64,000 nt of DNA from Candidatus Cloacimonadales bacterium (GCA_963678315.1 OY782781.1:1056001-1120000), one strand, 5' to 3'; positions 1 through 10,989 are shown, numbered from the stretch's first letter. Made by a program: numbers and translations. Notes: generated from the letters alone by a model not told the origin.

Positions 1-1483
1 GTATAGTTAGTTGGAACTGTGTATTGGTATTTGCAGTTACATCATTTAGAAACTTAATTTCATTGCTGTCATTGTTTATAAATGGCATATAAGTATATGA
101 AGGAATACCGCTTGAATATATCCATTGATAGAAGAATTGCTCTAAGTCTAGCCCTGAAACACTTTCACAATGAGCAATAAACTCTTCTGTAACTACATTG
201 CTATACTTGTTATTTTCAAACCAGCTTGCAATTATTTCCCAGAAAGTATCATTGCCAACTTCTAATCTCAACATGTGTAAGACAGATGCTGCTTTTTCAT
301 AAGATGGTGGCGAGAAATAAGACATGTATTCCGGGTCATATATAGTTTGAGGACCATTGCTATTAGCCCAATTCTTGTAATAATTCTGGATATCAGTATT
401 TACATATTCTATCATAGAATCATATCCATTTAAATGATAATCCCATACAGCTTCAGAGTAGACTGCAAATCCTTCAGAAAGCCATACATCTTTCCATGTG
501 AGGGGAGTTAGACAGTTTCCGAACCAATGGTGGGAAAGTTCATGAGCTACCGTGTATTCTTCATCATCAGCTTCTCCATCGATAAAGTTAGTGCCCAGGG
601 TTGTCATAGTTTGATGCTCCATTGCTCCGAATGTTTGCATTACTACCAGAGCCTGTCCATATTTTTCAAAAGGATATTCACCATAAAAGCTTGCATAAGT
701 TTCCATCATCTCTGGAACTAAAGCAAAGTCAACTAAGCAATCATCATAGAAGTTGGATTGAACAAAGTGCTGGATAGGTACAAGTGTACCATCTTCTTTT
801 TCATAAGTCTGTTCTATTAACTGATATGGTCCTATGTGAATTACTGCTAAGTATGTGGACATAGGATTTTCCCCAATCCATTCATAAGTTTTTGTTCCAT
901 TACTGTTATCAGTTGTTTGCCCTTGTAAACCATTGCAAGCAGCAAGCCAATCAGATCTACAAGTTACATAGAAGTCTATTTCAGCTTTATCCCAAGGATG
1001 GTCGTAAGATGGCCACCAGAATCTACCAGCATTAGGGTCTGAAATTGTAAATACTGACTCATTTCTGAAAATCATGCCGATATTGTAGCCTTCACTCAAG
1101 CTAGGAGAACCTGAATAGAATACTTTGGTTGTAAATTCTTCTCCAGCATTCACATCAAGGTCAATACTGATAATGCCATTTGCAAAAGAATATTCAGCGT
1201 TTTGTCCATTTACTTCAACACTACTTATTCCTAACCCTTCTAATTCATACTCTATTTCAGATAAGTTTTCTTCAGCAAGAACAGTAGCTAAAACAGATCC
1301 TTGGATATATTCATTTTCATCATCTATTGTTAAATCAATTACATATCTTTCAACATCAAAACCATGCAGAGAATCGGCTAATACAGGTCTATCTAATCTA
1401 ACATTATTGCTTTCAAAATGTGGATGTGCTATTGCAAATGTTCCCCAAATTGATAACAGAATTATCATAATGTATTGTCTCAT
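1..1483 (-). CDS. M1-family zinc aminopeptidase, secreted (3' end runs off the window; absent from the ORF track)
   Basis: Manual translation from ATG at 1483: signal-peptide-like MRQYIMIILLSIWGTFAIA, GAMEH exopeptidase motif, and HELSHHWFGN...WLSEGFA (HEXXH-18X-E). Confidence 0.9.
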   Translation of the reverse strand, partial: MRQYIMIILLSIWGTFAIAHPHFESNNVRLDRPVLADSLHGFDVERYVIDLTIDDENEYIQGSVLATVLAEENLSEIEYELEGLGISSVEVNGQNAEYSFANGIISIDLDVNAGEEFTTKVFYSGSPSLSEGYNIGMIFRNESVFTISDPNAGRFWWPSYDHPWDKAEIDFYVTCRSDWLAACNGLQGQTTDNSNGTKTYEWIGENPMSTYLAVIHIGPYQLIEQTYEKEDGTLVPIQHFVQSNFYDDCLVDFALVPEMMETYASFYGEYPFEKYGQALVVMQTFGAMEHQTMTTLGTNFIDGEADDEEYTVAHELSHHWFGNCLTPLTWKDVWLSEGFAVYSEAVWDYHLNGYDSMIEYVNTDIQNYYKNWANSNGPQTIYDPEYMSYFSPPSYEKAASVLHMLRLEVGNDTFWEIIASWFENNKYSNVVTEEFIAHCESVSGLDLEQFFYQWIYSSGIPSYTYMPFINNDSNEIKFLNDVTANTNTQFQLTI

Positions 1484-1715
1484 AGTTCTCCCAAATTTTT
1501 TATATTTTTTTATTAATAAAAATAGAGCTAGCATATTTGACAAGAAAAAAGTAAAATAAGTGGAGGGAGTCTTGTGTAATCGCCTTTTATGTTATGTTAA
1601 ATTCTTTTTAAATATAGGCTATTTATACTATAATCTTAATGGTCTCCTGCATTAAATTGTCTTTTTATGCAGGTGGTGCAAGGGGACATAGGCAGTGTGG
1701 AGTTAGGAGTCGGTT

Positions 1716-1840
1716 ACTGGGAACGCTCAGCTGCTAGCTGGCAAAGAGAAGTTAGCAATTACTGGGATCGCCAGCCTCCGCGCTGGCTTCACTTAGAACC
1801 TAGTGATAAGTGAATTGTAGAGACGAACGGCCGTTCGTCT
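1716..1840 (+). repeat. BIME-like mosaic: two ACTGGGA(A/T)CGC REP hairpins, a TTCACTTA/TAAGTGAA hairpin and a GTAG-AGACGAAC palindrome
   Basis: Same module order as at 23250-25250, where the group II intron interrupts it. Confidence 0.85.
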
Positions 1841-2057
1841 AAATTAATTGATAATGTTGGGAGTGTGAATCTGTAAACTAGTAACCCCGACTAGCCTATA
1901 TATCATTTGATAAAGGGCATAAGATATTATAAATGTATCGATTTAATCAACAAATCAAGTTAAGATTCTCTAAGCATAACATACTAAACCTAAAGTTTAA
2001 TCTTGACATATTTGCACTATTAAACAAATTAAGAATAATACATTCAAAAGGATAAGT

Positions 2058-3806
2058 ATGGAAACATTTAAGCATGTAAAGAAATATGTAAAAAAGAGTA
2101 TTCCACGTTTGGCTCTAGGCTTTTTAGTTTTGCTAGTTGTTGATGTAATTCAACTAGTTATCCCAATAATAACTAAGAATGCTATTGATAGAATTCAAGC
2201 ACAAGAGATTTTAAAATCAGGTCTATTAATAGTTGGGGCACAGATTCTTGGTTTAACCGTCGGAATAATGGTAATGAGGTTCTTCTGGAGAATTCTAATA
2301 ATAGGTAACTCTTTCATTATAGAAAAATTGATTAGAAATCAGTTCTATAAACATTTGATGAGACTTTCTCAAAACTTCTTTAACCATAATAAAATTGGTG
2401 ATTTAATGGCTCATGCTACCAATGACCTTACAGCAGTTAGAATGATGTTTGGATTTGGTTTGATAGCAGGTTTCGATATCCTTTTAATGGCAGTAGCTTC
2501 TTTAGCTTTCATGGTATCTATAAATCTGAAACTTACTTTATATGCTGTTATACCAATGCCTTTTATCTCAATAACCATTCTTATCTTTGGTAAGAAGCTT
2601 CAAAAAAGATTTATGAAGGTACAAGAATCATTCTCAGAAATGTCTGGAACAATTCAAGAATCAATTTCAGGAATTAGAGTGGTAAAAGCATTCGCTCAGG
2701 AGGATTCTGAATTAAAGAAAGTTAAGAAAAGCTCAATTAATTATGTAAAGAGAAACATTTCAATGGCATTGCTTGATGGTATATTCCATCCTTTCATGGG
2801 TTTTGTAATTAGTTTATCTATGCTAGTTACCCTTATTCTTGGAGGACAGCTAGCAATCAATGGTACTATTACTATTGGTGATTTCTATGCATTTAACTCC
2901 TATTTAGGCATGCTTATCTGGCCTATGATGGCTATTGGTTGGATTGTTAATCTATATCAAAGAGGTACTGCTTCTCTAAAAAGATTAAATAAAATCTTTG
3001 ATACTGAAGCTGAAATTACAGATGATGAAGCAGACTTTTCTATCAAAGATATTAAGGGTAAAATAGAAATAAATAACTTGAACTTCAATTATGAAGGTAG
3101 CAAGGCAAATGTATTTAACAACATTAGTACAGGTATTGATGTTGGACAAACTTTGGCTATTGTGGGAAGAACAGGTTGTGGAAAATCAACATTGATTGAT
3201 TTATTAGCAAGAATATATAATCCACCAAAGCGTTCTATATATATTGATGGCAATGAAATTCATAATATTCCTTTAGAAGTCCTTCACCGTGACTGTGTGA
3301 TGGTACCTCAGGATATTTTCCTCTTCTCTGATTCTATAGCTAATAACATTGCTTTGGGAAAACCTGATGCTTCTAGAAAAGAAATTGAAGAAGCTACTAA
3401 ATTAGCTCAAGTTTATGATGATATTATTGAGTTTGAAAATGGCTTTGATACAGTAGTAGGAGAACGTGGAGTTACTTTATCTGGTGGACAGAAACAACGT
3501 GTTGCTATTGCACGAGCTTTATTATGCAACCCTAGTATTCTTATATTAGATGATGCTCTTTCTGCAGTTGATACTCTAACAGAAAAGAACATTCTTAATC
3601 ATTTGATTGAATTTAGAAAAGCCAAAACGACAATCATAATCTCACATAGAATTTCATCTGTTAGTCATGCAGATAAGATAATTGTGATAGATAATGGCAA
3701 GATTGCTGAAAGTGGATCTCATGATGAACTTATTAGCCTTAATGGTTTGTATAAAGACTTAGATGATAAACAGAAAATAGAAGAACGTTTAGAAGGAGAG
3801 TTTTAG
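2058..3806 (+). CDS. ABC exporter, fused permease/ATPase (MdlA-like half of a heterodimer)
   Basis: N-terminal TM domain, Walker A GRTGCGKST, LSGGQ signature, ILILDD Walker B. Confidence 0.93.
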   Translation: METFKHVKKYVKKSIPRLALGFLVLLVVDVIQLVIPIITKNAIDRIQAQEILKSGLLIVGAQILGLTVGIMVMRFFWRILIIGNSFIIEKLIRNQFYKHLMRLSQNFFNHNKIGDLMAHATNDLTAVRMMFGFGLIAGFDILLMAVASLAFMVSINLKLTLYAVIPMPFISITILIFGKKLQKRFMKVQESFSEMSGTIQESISGIRVVKAFAQEDSELKKVKKSSINYVKRNISMALLDGIFHPFMGFVISLSMLVTLILGGQLAINGTITIGDFYAFNSYLGMLIWPMMAIGWIVNLYQRGTASLKRLNKIFDTEAEITDDEADFSIKDIKGKIEINNLNFNYEGSKANVFNNISTGIDVGQTLAIVGRTGCGKSTLIDLLARIYNPPKRSIYIDGNEIHNIPLEVLHRDCVMVPQDIFLFSDSIANNIALGKPDASRKEIEEATKLAQVYDDIIEFENGFDTVVGERGVTLSGGQKQRVAIARALLCNPSILILDDALSAVDTLTEKNILNHLIEFRKAKTTIIISHRISSVSHADKIIVIDNGKIAESGSHDELISLNGLYKDLDDKQKIEERLEGEF

Positions 3807-5948
3807 ATGCGTGGTAATCACGGAATGGATTTTGATGAAATAAAAACAAATATTCTAGATCGTAAGCTTCTAGGCAAACTACTTGTATACCTGAAACCAT
3901 ATTCTTTTATGGTGGTTGTAGCACTAGTAATTCTATTTATCATTGCTGGTATTGAGCTTGTTATACCTCTTATTACAAGAACTGCGTTGGATAATTTCAT
4001 TATTCCTAATAAACGCGTGTATCAAACAGTTGAAGTTGAGCAAGCAGACTTTATTCAGAGTAAACTTAAAGAAGAAGCCTATACAAAGATAAGCCTTCAA
4101 GACACAATAACTTTTGTTATTGATAATCAAGAAATTAAAAGAATTGCTAAAGTAGATGAAAAGTTTGCTTCTATAATAAACCAAAACCAAGAACTATATT
4201 ACCTGATTCCTTTGAACCAGAAGAACCGTTCTATCTTAGAAGAGAATTCTTTGATGGATAAGGTTAGTTTTATTGGTTCTGACAATGTGGCTATCCCATA
4301 TTCTCAAGTAAAAGTAATGTCTTCTTCTGATATCCTTAACTTGAACAAGAGAGTCGAATATCAATTGTTTGGGAAAAAGAACAGTATAATTAACTTCTAT
4401 ATCTTGGGACTAGTTTATCTAGTATTTATACTTCTTCGTTTTGTAGCTCAATTCTTGCAAACTTATATTTCAAGATATTTCTCACAGCACGCTATGAATG
4501 ATTTACGTTCAGACTTGTATGAACACCTTCAAAAGATGCCAGTTAGCTATTTTGATAAAAACCCTGTGGGAAGACTAGTTACTAGAGTTACTAACGATAT
4601 TAGAGCTCTAGATGAAATGCTCTCAGCTGGCGTTATAACAATTGTTCAAGATATGATTCTTATTGTTGTAATCGTGGTAATTATGCTGACATTAAATTGG
4701 AAATTAGCTCTGATTTCTTTTGCTACAATTCCATTAGTGATAGTTCTAATTAATATCTTTAAAAGCAAAACTAGAAAGATATACAGAGTAGTTAGAAAGA
4801 GACTTGCAAGCTTGAATGCAACTTTAGCTGAACACATGTCTGGAGCAAAGATTATTAACTTATTCAATCAAAGACAGGCTAAAGAAGCAGATTTCGAGAA
4901 GCTTAATGAAGAATACTTTGAAACTAACTTCCAGCAGTTAAAACTATTTGCCTTCTTTAGACCAACTATTCATGTAATGTCGCAAATAGCAACAGCTTTA
5001 ATTCTCTGGTACGGTGGTGGACAGATTCTTGATGGTATCATCACTATCGGTACATTTACAGCCTTCACATTCTACGTTGGAAAACTATTCCAGCCAATTA
5101 ACGACTTTAGTGAGAAGTTTAATATCTTGCAAGGTGCCATGGCTGGTGCTGAAAGAATCTTCGACTTAATGGCTATGGATCTTGATGATTATAGAGAAGA
5201 ATTGACTATGAATAAAATCATGAACGGCTCTATTGAATTTAAGAATGTCTGGCTTGCATATATTGAAGAAGATTGGATTCTTAAAGATGTATCTTTCAAG
5301 ATTAATAAAGGTGAAAAGGTGGCTCTTGTAGGTCATACTGGTTCTGGTAAAACATCTATCGTTAACTTAATTCTTGGCATGTATCCATATCAAAAAGGTC
5401 AAATCCTTATTGATGGTAAGTCTCTCAAAGAATACTCTTTACACGATATAAGAAATAATATTGGCATTGTTCAACAAGATGTCTTCTTGTTCTCTGGAAC
5501 TATAAAAGACAATATTCTGCTTAGTAATACAAAGTTAACTGACAACGATATGCACAGAGTTGCTAAACATGTTAACGTTGATAAATTCATAGAAAGTCTT
5601 CCAGAAAAATACTATGAGCCTGTTATGGAGAGAGGTTCAACCTTCTCTGTTGGGCAAAGACAGTTGATGGCTTTTGCTCGTGTTTTAGCTTACAATCCAG
5701 CTATATTCATTCTCGATGAAGCTACTTCCAACATTGATACTGAAACTGAAATCTTGATTCAAGATGCTCTTGAAAAGATAATGGAGAATAGAACTTCTAT
5801 TATTATTGCTCATAGACTGTCAACGATTCAACATTCTGATAGAATTATTGTGCTACATAAGGGAAAAATTGTTGAACAAGGCAATCATCAAGAACTTTTG
5901 CAAAAAGAAGGACTTTATTACGACCTTTATAGACTGCAATACAGTTAG
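3807..5948 (+). CDS. ABC exporter, fused permease/ATPase (MdlB-like partner)
   Basis: Walker A GHTGSGKTS, FSVGQ signature, ILDEATS; starts directly after the previous stop. Confidence 0.92.
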   Translation: MRGNHGMDFDEIKTNILDRKLLGKLLVYLKPYSFMVVVALVILFIIAGIELVIPLITRTALDNFIIPNKRVYQTVEVEQADFIQSKLKEEAYTKISLQDTITFVIDNQEIKRIAKVDEKFASIINQNQELYYLIPLNQKNRSILEENSLMDKVSFIGSDNVAIPYSQVKVMSSSDILNLNKRVEYQLFGKKNSIINFYILGLVYLVFILLRFVAQFLQTYISRYFSQHAMNDLRSDLYEHLQKMPVSYFDKNPVGRLVTRVTNDIRALDEMLSAGVITIVQDMILIVVIVVIMLTLNWKLALISFATIPLVIVLINIFKSKTRKIYRVVRKRLASLNATLAEHMSGAKIINLFNQRQAKEADFEKLNEEYFETNFQQLKLFAFFRPTIHVMSQIATALILWYGGGQILDGIITIGTFTAFTFYVGKLFQPINDFSEKFNILQGAMAGAERIFDLMAMDLDDYREELTMNKIMNGSIEFKNVWLAYIEEDWILKDVSFKINKGEKVALVGHTGSGKTSIVNLILGMYPYQKGQILIDGKSLKEYSLHDIRNNIGIVQQDVFLFSGTIKDNILLSNTKLTDNDMHRVAKHVNVDKFIESLPEKYYEPVMERGSTFSVGQRQLMAFARVLAYNPAIFILDEATSNIDTETEILIQDALEKIMENRTSIIIAHRLSTIQHSDRIIVLHKGKIVEQGNHQELLQKEGLYYDLYRLQYS

Positions 5949-6093
5949 TCCTATACGCATTTTAACAAAAACTTAATACTTTTTAGCTTATTTTATGCAT
6001 TTTAAGTAAATATATTAAAAAAAATGTTTGACATTGTTTTTAATAGACATAATATGCCTTAATGAAATTTTATAATAAAACTCATGGGAGGAA

Positions 6094-8841
6094 ATGATGA
6101 AAAAAAACTTGTTATTTGTACTCGCGTTTATTCTAGTAGTTAGTTCTGCATTCGCTAATTCTTTTAAAGTAGCTGAATTCAATGCTAACAATGAAAAAAA
6201 CACACGTTACGAACAAATTTCTTGGATTGATGATTTCGAAGGTGAAGACAACTGGACATCTGTTGATGAAACAAATGCTCCTCAAGCTTGGGAATCTCAT
6301 GAAGAAGGTGGAACATACGGTGATGTATGGTACATGGGTGGAGATATTAATGGTTATGTAGATAACTTATATCTCGTTTTAGACACTCCAGCTATTAATG
6401 TTACAGCTGGTAATTCAACATTAACTTTTGACTTAAACTACGCATTTGAAGGTCCTGGTGTATCAGGCGATTATGATGGTTGGGACGGTGGTAACATCCG
6501 TGTTTCTACTGACCAAGAAAACTGGACTGTTTTAACAGGTGCTCCTGCATATAACTGTACTTCAATGTACTCTTTCGGCGAAATTCACGGTGAAGGTGCT
6601 GGTGTAGCTGGTTGGGGCGGAAGCTCAAACGGTTGGACAGAAGCTTCATTTAACTTATCAGCTTATGAAGGTCAAACAGTATATGTAAGATTTGCATTTG
6701 CTTCAGATCCTGCTTATAACACAACTGATGATGCTACATTATTCGGTATGAAAGTTGATAACATCTCTTTAGGTGATTTCACTAATGATGGTACTGAAGG
6801 TCAAATGGTTCCTTCTTCAATGGTTCCTCTAGGTGGCGACATCTGGAATCTTGCTGAAGTTACTAATGCTTTCTCAGGTACTCACGTATACCAATTACAA
6901 AATGATGAAGGTACTTATAATCCTAATATGATTAATGGTATCATCTCTCCAGTTATTACTCTTCCAGCTGATGGCGACATTATCGCTACTTTCGAAGCTA
7001 TGGGTAACTGGGTAGATCCAGAAGATGAAGTTCAAGGAACTCCTCTTAGTGATTTAGAATATGTTGGTTTTGAAGTTTCTTTAGAAGGTGAAGACCAATG
7101 GTATGCTATGTCAAACCCTTACGGTTTAGATACTGGTTCTAACTATGTTTATTCTTCAATGGCTGACGTTTGGATGCCTTTCCATGAAGCTTACACTGGT
7201 TTAGACGGTAGAATCGATGATTATGCTGGTGAAGATGTAAGATTTAAATTCTACTTCAAATCTGATGGTGACACTCCTTCAGGTACTGGTGTAATGGTTG
7301 ACGACTTTAGAATCATCAACGATGTATTCTTAGCTAACCCTACAAACTTAAACGCTGATGTTATTGATAACTCAGAAGTTGAATTATCATGGGATGCTCC
7401 ATTATTAATGGCTCCATCAGAAGTTGTTTGGACTGATGCTTCATGGGCATCATTCATTAATGACGCTGCTCCTTATGCAATCAAAATTGTAAATGATGAT
7501 AATTATGATAAACCACTTGCTGATGTAAGCTTTATGCTTTACAACACTGAAGGTACTATCGCTGGTACTGCTTCTGTTTACGCTTGGGCAGACAATAATG
7601 GTCTTCCTGGTACAGAATTAGCTGCTGTTACTGGTGTTGCAGATATCACTTCACAAGCATGGACATTAGTAGACTTCTCAGCAGAAGGCGTTGTAGTTCC
7701 TGCTAATGGTGCTATTTACGTTGGTGTTGGTGACTTCGAAAACGATAGTAACCAACAAGGTCTTCTTTGTGATACAACATCTGAAACTGTAATGTCATTC
7801 ACATTCGGTCAAGGCGTATGGTCACAAATCGATGCTGCTTATGATACAGTTAAAAATGTTGCTTTAAAAGCTAACATCTTAGAAAGTGATTCTTCAATCC
7901 CTAATGCTGATAGCTATGTAGTTTATCATTCAGAAGATGGTGTTGATTACTCACAATTAACTGAAACAACTGCTTTAACTTATACTCATACTAGCCCAGT
8001 TCAAGGTGCAACTAACTACTATAAAGTTACTGCAATGTTCGGTGCAAATGAATCTACTGGTACTATCACAACAGCTTTCTTATTACCTGCTGGTTTAAGT
8101 GAAGTTTCTAATGATGATGGTTCTTCAGAAGGTGCTTATGAAGCTGGTGTTGGTGCATTAGTTGCAACTAAATATCAACATGATTACCAAGCTACTTTAA
8201 AGTATATCAAATTATACGTTGAAGAAGTTGGTACTGGTGCTACTCTTTGCAGAATCCACGAAAATGATGGTGGAATTCCTGGTACTCAATTAGCAAACGT
8301 TGTTATTCAACCTGCTAACTTAATTGAAGGTTGGAACACTATCGAATTAGATAACGAATTTGAATTTGTAACAGGTTCATTCTTTATCGTATTTGTTAAT
8401 GTTAACAACACATCAGCTATCGGTTTTGACGAAGATACTAATGGTATGACTTGGTCATCAACTGACGGTGGTGCTAACTGGGCAGATGTAACAGAAGGTA
8501 ACTTATTAGTTCGTGCTATCGTTGAAGATGGTGGTACTGATAATGATAACAATGAAGTTCTTCCTTTTGTTTCTTCAGTAAGCAACTATCCTAACCCATT
8601 CAACCCAGAAACAACTATTAGCTTCAACATGTCAAAAACAGGTAAAGCTAACGTTTCTATCTACAACATTAAAGGTCAATTAGTTAAATCTCTTCTTAAC
8701 GGAACAGTTTCAGCTGGTCAAAAAGACCTTGTATGGAATGGTACAGACAACAATAATAACTCTGTTGCTTCAGGTGTTTATTTCTACAAAGTAGAAACTT
8801 CAAACCAAACAATCAACAGAAAAATGGTTCTTCAAAAATAA
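6094..8841 (+). CDS. Large acidic secreted/surface protein with C-terminal FlgD-Ig/T9SS-like sorting domain
   Basis: Signal peptide; beta-sandwich/FN3-like segments; C-terminus NYPNPFNPETTI...YNIKGQLV...WNGTD...SGVYFY...KMVLQK. Confidence 0.85.
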   Translation: MMKKNLLFVLAFILVVSSAFANSFKVAEFNANNEKNTRYEQISWIDDFEGEDNWTSVDETNAPQAWESHEEGGTYGDVWYMGGDINGYVDNLYLVLDTPAINVTAGNSTLTFDLNYAFEGPGVSGDYDGWDGGNIRVSTDQENWTVLTGAPAYNCTSMYSFGEIHGEGAGVAGWGGSSNGWTEASFNLSAYEGQTVYVRFAFASDPAYNTTDDATLFGMKVDNISLGDFTNDGTEGQMVPSSMVPLGGDIWNLAEVTNAFSGTHVYQLQNDEGTYNPNMINGIISPVITLPADGDIIATFEAMGNWVDPEDEVQGTPLSDLEYVGFEVSLEGEDQWYAMSNPYGLDTGSNYVYSSMADVWMPFHEAYTGLDGRIDDYAGEDVRFKFYFKSDGDTPSGTGVMVDDFRIINDVFLANPTNLNADVIDNSEVELSWDAPLLMAPSEVVWTDASWASFINDAAPYAIKIVNDDNYDKPLADVSFMLYNTEGTIAGTASVYAWADNNGLPGTELAAVTGVADITSQAWTLVDFSAEGVVVPANGAIYVGVGDFENDSNQQGLLCDTTSETVMSFTFGQGVWSQIDAAYDTVKNVALKANILESDSSIPNADSYVVYHSEDGVDYSQLTETTALTYTHTSPVQGATNYYKVTAMFGANESTGTITTAFLLPAGLSEVSNDDGSSEGAYEAGVGALVATKYQHDYQATLKYIKLYVEEVGTGATLCRIHENDGGIPGTQLANVVIQPANLIEGWNTIELDNEFEFVTGSFFIVFVNVNNTSAIGFDEDTNGMTWSSTDGGANWADVTEGNLLVRAIVEDGGTDNDNNEVLPFVSSVSNYPNPFNPETTISFNMSKTGKANVSIYNIKGQLVKSLLNGTVSAGQKDLVWNGTDNNNNSVASGVYFYKVETSNQTINRKMVLQK

Positions 8842-8861
8842 GAAGACATCATAAATAAATT

Positions 8862-8895
8862 AAAGACTCTTGGCTTTGCTGAGAGTCTTTTTTTT
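8862..8895 (+). terminator. Intrinsic terminator
   Basis: AAAGACTCTTGGC-ttt-GCTGAGAGTCTTT followed by a T tract, 20 nt after the stop. Confidence 0.85.
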
Positions 8896-8965
8896 GTATA
8901 TAATATATAAGGCCTGGCTCAATTAGACGTTTTTCACTCCTTACTCTAAGACATTTTTAGAGATA

Positions 8966-9130
8966 ATCCCATTTGATGCAGTAGGCTTCTCGAGAAGAGT
9001 GCAGATTATTTCAGCAAAATAAGTTACAGAATCGAAGTTTGAATAATATATATTCTAGCTGAGATTATGGAAGTTATTCTTGCAAAATAATATAGTACTA
9101 TTCTAGAAGTTCTACTGTATTAGATGGGAT
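8966..9130 (+). ncRNA. Candidate structured RNA (165-nt imperfect hairpin)
   Basis: atcccatttgatgcagtagg... pairs with ...ttctactgtattagatgggat over about 65 bp; several mismatches become G-U pairs only on the + strand. Confidence 0.35.
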
Positions 9131-9141
9131 AATTACTCCAT

Positions 9142-9203
9142 CCTTACTTGCCTCCTTGAAAAAATGCCGATTTTTCAATGAGACCCTTAAGGCAGCAGTA
9201 AGG
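9142..9203. repeat. CCTTGAAAAA-loop-TTTTTCAA palindrome family (other copies 23109-23160, 37291-37341, 54085-54130)
   Basis: Four recognisable copies; 23106-23168 is nearly the reverse complement of 37281-37344. Confidence 0.8.
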
Positions 9204-9245
9204 AATGAGGAGTTAGGACACTAGGAAAGGAGTGCGGCGTTAGGA

Positions 9246-9290
9246 GTGTAAGCATCCGCCGATAGGTTGAACATAGTTCATGCTTACGCA
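9246..9290 (+). repeat. GTAAGCA...TGAAC-nnn-GTTCATGCTTA hairpin module (second copy 25688-25731)
   Basis: Two similar copies, each inside a repeat mosaic. Confidence 0.7.
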
Positions 9291-9318
9291 AACTGTATAG
9301 ACGAACGGATGTTCGTCT

Positions 9319-10989
9319 CAGACTGCTGACAAAGTAGAAAAAAGGTGTTTACAGCCAATTTTAGTTTTCATCTGATAGTTGATAGATTTTTTAGTATTGG
9401 TGATGATATTGTTGCATAAGTTCACTATGGGAGACAATATACCCAAAATAATCAAAAAATTTGAGTATTTTTGTTAAAATAGAACCCTTTTTTAGCTTTT
9501 TATTGATTCTCTTAAAGTATTTAACTAATTTTACTAAATTTTGAGTACAAGCTGTCATTAGAGCTTGTTCTTTAACTTTTTCAAGTCCTCTATATCGTGC
9601 ATATCGATATCCATGATTTTGTTTTGCATTAGCAAAACTCCTCTCAATTGTCTCTTTTCGGCGCTTATAAATTTGTTTACCACAGAATGTTAAACGATTC
9701 ATATTTATCTGGTCTTTATATTTTTCCCAGACATGCCGATTTAGTACTTTCCTCCTTGTTTTATTTGAAGTACATTTAGATAAATGAGGACAGTTTTTAC
9801 AGTCTTCAGCATTTGATACGTATTCTTTGTAGCCCTCTCTTCTTGTTGTTTTGTAATGTAATAATTTGTTATTTGGACAAATATATTGGTCGTTGACTGA
9901 GTCAAATTTGAATTTATTCTTGCTGAAAAATCCTTTTTTATGGCTACCTCTTTTGTACCCTATTACCCCCATTATTCCTTTTTCACATAAAAAACGACAA
10001 TTATCTACAGTATTATACCCAGCATCTAAGCCTACAGCTATAACATTAAAATTAAACCTTTCAATCTGCCGAAGAAGACGAGATTTATATACCACTGCAT
10101 CATTTATATTCCCAGGTGTTATAAATACATCTGTTATAAAATTACATTTAGGATCCGTTGTCCTATGGTCTAAATAAAAGAAGCCTTGTGGTTTGCGGTC
10201 TCGTGCCATAAAACCACTGTCTGGATCTGTTGTGCTGGATTTAATTGTCTTGGTTTCTTCCTGTGGTTCCTTAGGAGGAAGTGGTTTTATATTGTGTTTT
10301 TTTCTGTCTTCTGCGACTGCTTCATCCAAATCTTTAATATATTCTTTTGTAGTTCTTTTTACTACAATTTTTATGAACTTATTCTTATTCGCATTAGCTT
10401 TTATATGGGTTGAGTCTGTATATAAAATTTTCCCATTAACTAAACCATTTTCAATGCCTAACTTAACAATATTATCAAAAATCTCTTGAAATAAATCATT
10501 ATTAGCAAATCGTCTTTTACGAGTTTTACTTATAATTGAATGGTGAGGAATTTTATCATTAAATCCGAACCCTAAAAACCATCTATATGCAAGATTAACT
10601 TGTATTTCTTTAAATATTTGACGTTCTGATTTAATACCAAAGAGATAACCTATTAATATTATTTTAAAAAGAGTTATTGGATTAATAGCAGGTCTGCCAA
10701 AAGTCTCATTGTATGTGTCTTTCATTATATCATAAACGAAAGAGAAATCTATATATTCATCAAAAAACCTAAGGATATGATCGTCTGGAACCTGTTCTTC
10801 TAAATTTACAAGCTCAAATTCGTATTGTTTTCTATATTCTTCTTTAATCATTTTACCACCTCTAATTATATGCCTATCATATAATAAGGAGTAATATTGT
10901 CAAGTCTATTTGTGCTTTTTCTGGGTTGTTTAGTACAGAAAAAACATACGAAAATCACACATTGATTACATGACTTTGTCAGCAGTCTG
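9319..10989 (-). mobile_element. IS1182-family insertion sequence
   Basis: Perfect 17-bp terminal IRs CAGACTGCTGACAAAGT (9319-9335 / 10973-10989); flanked by a 20-bp direct repeat AGACGAACGGATGTTCGTCT (9299-9318, 10990-11009). Confidence 0.92.
9391..10851 (-). CDS. IS1182-family DDE transposase
   Basis: GRPAINP...LAYRWFLG N-terminal domain, YTDSTHIKANA, STTDPD, LDAGY, Cys cluster, YKRRKETIERSFANAK. Confidence 0.93.
   Translation of the reverse strand: MIKEEYRKQYEFELVNLEEQVPDDHILRFFDEYIDFSFVYDIMKDTYNETFGRPAINPITLFKIILIGYLFGIKSERQIFKEIQVNLAYRWFLGFGFNDKIPHHSIISKTRKRRFANNDLFQEIFDNIVKLGIENGLVNGKILYTDSTHIKANANKNKFIKIVVKRTTKEYIKDLDEAVAEDRKKHNIKPLPPKEPQEETKTIKSSTTDPDSGFMARDRKPQGFFYLDHRTTDPKCNFITDVFITPGNINDAVVYKSRLLRQIERFNFNVIAVGLDAGYNTVDNCRFLCEKGIMGVIGYKRGSHKKGFFSKNKFKFDSVNDQYICPNNKLLHYKTTRREGYKEYVSNAEDCKNCPHLSKCTSNKTRRKVLNRHVWEKYKDQINMNRLTFCGKQIYKRRKETIERSFANAKQNHGYRYARYRGLEKVKEQALMTACTQNLVKLVKYFKRINKKLKKGSILTKILKFFDYFGYIVSHSELMQQYHHQY

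Noticed and set aside
527..1559. Plus-strand ORFs 527-721 and 1125-1559
   Set aside because: Antisense shadows of the M1 aminopeptidase gene.
9866..10489. Plus-strand ORFs inside IS1182, and other short antisense ORFs in the track
   Set aside because: They fully overlap well-supported genes on the opposite strand and have no recognisable motifs.
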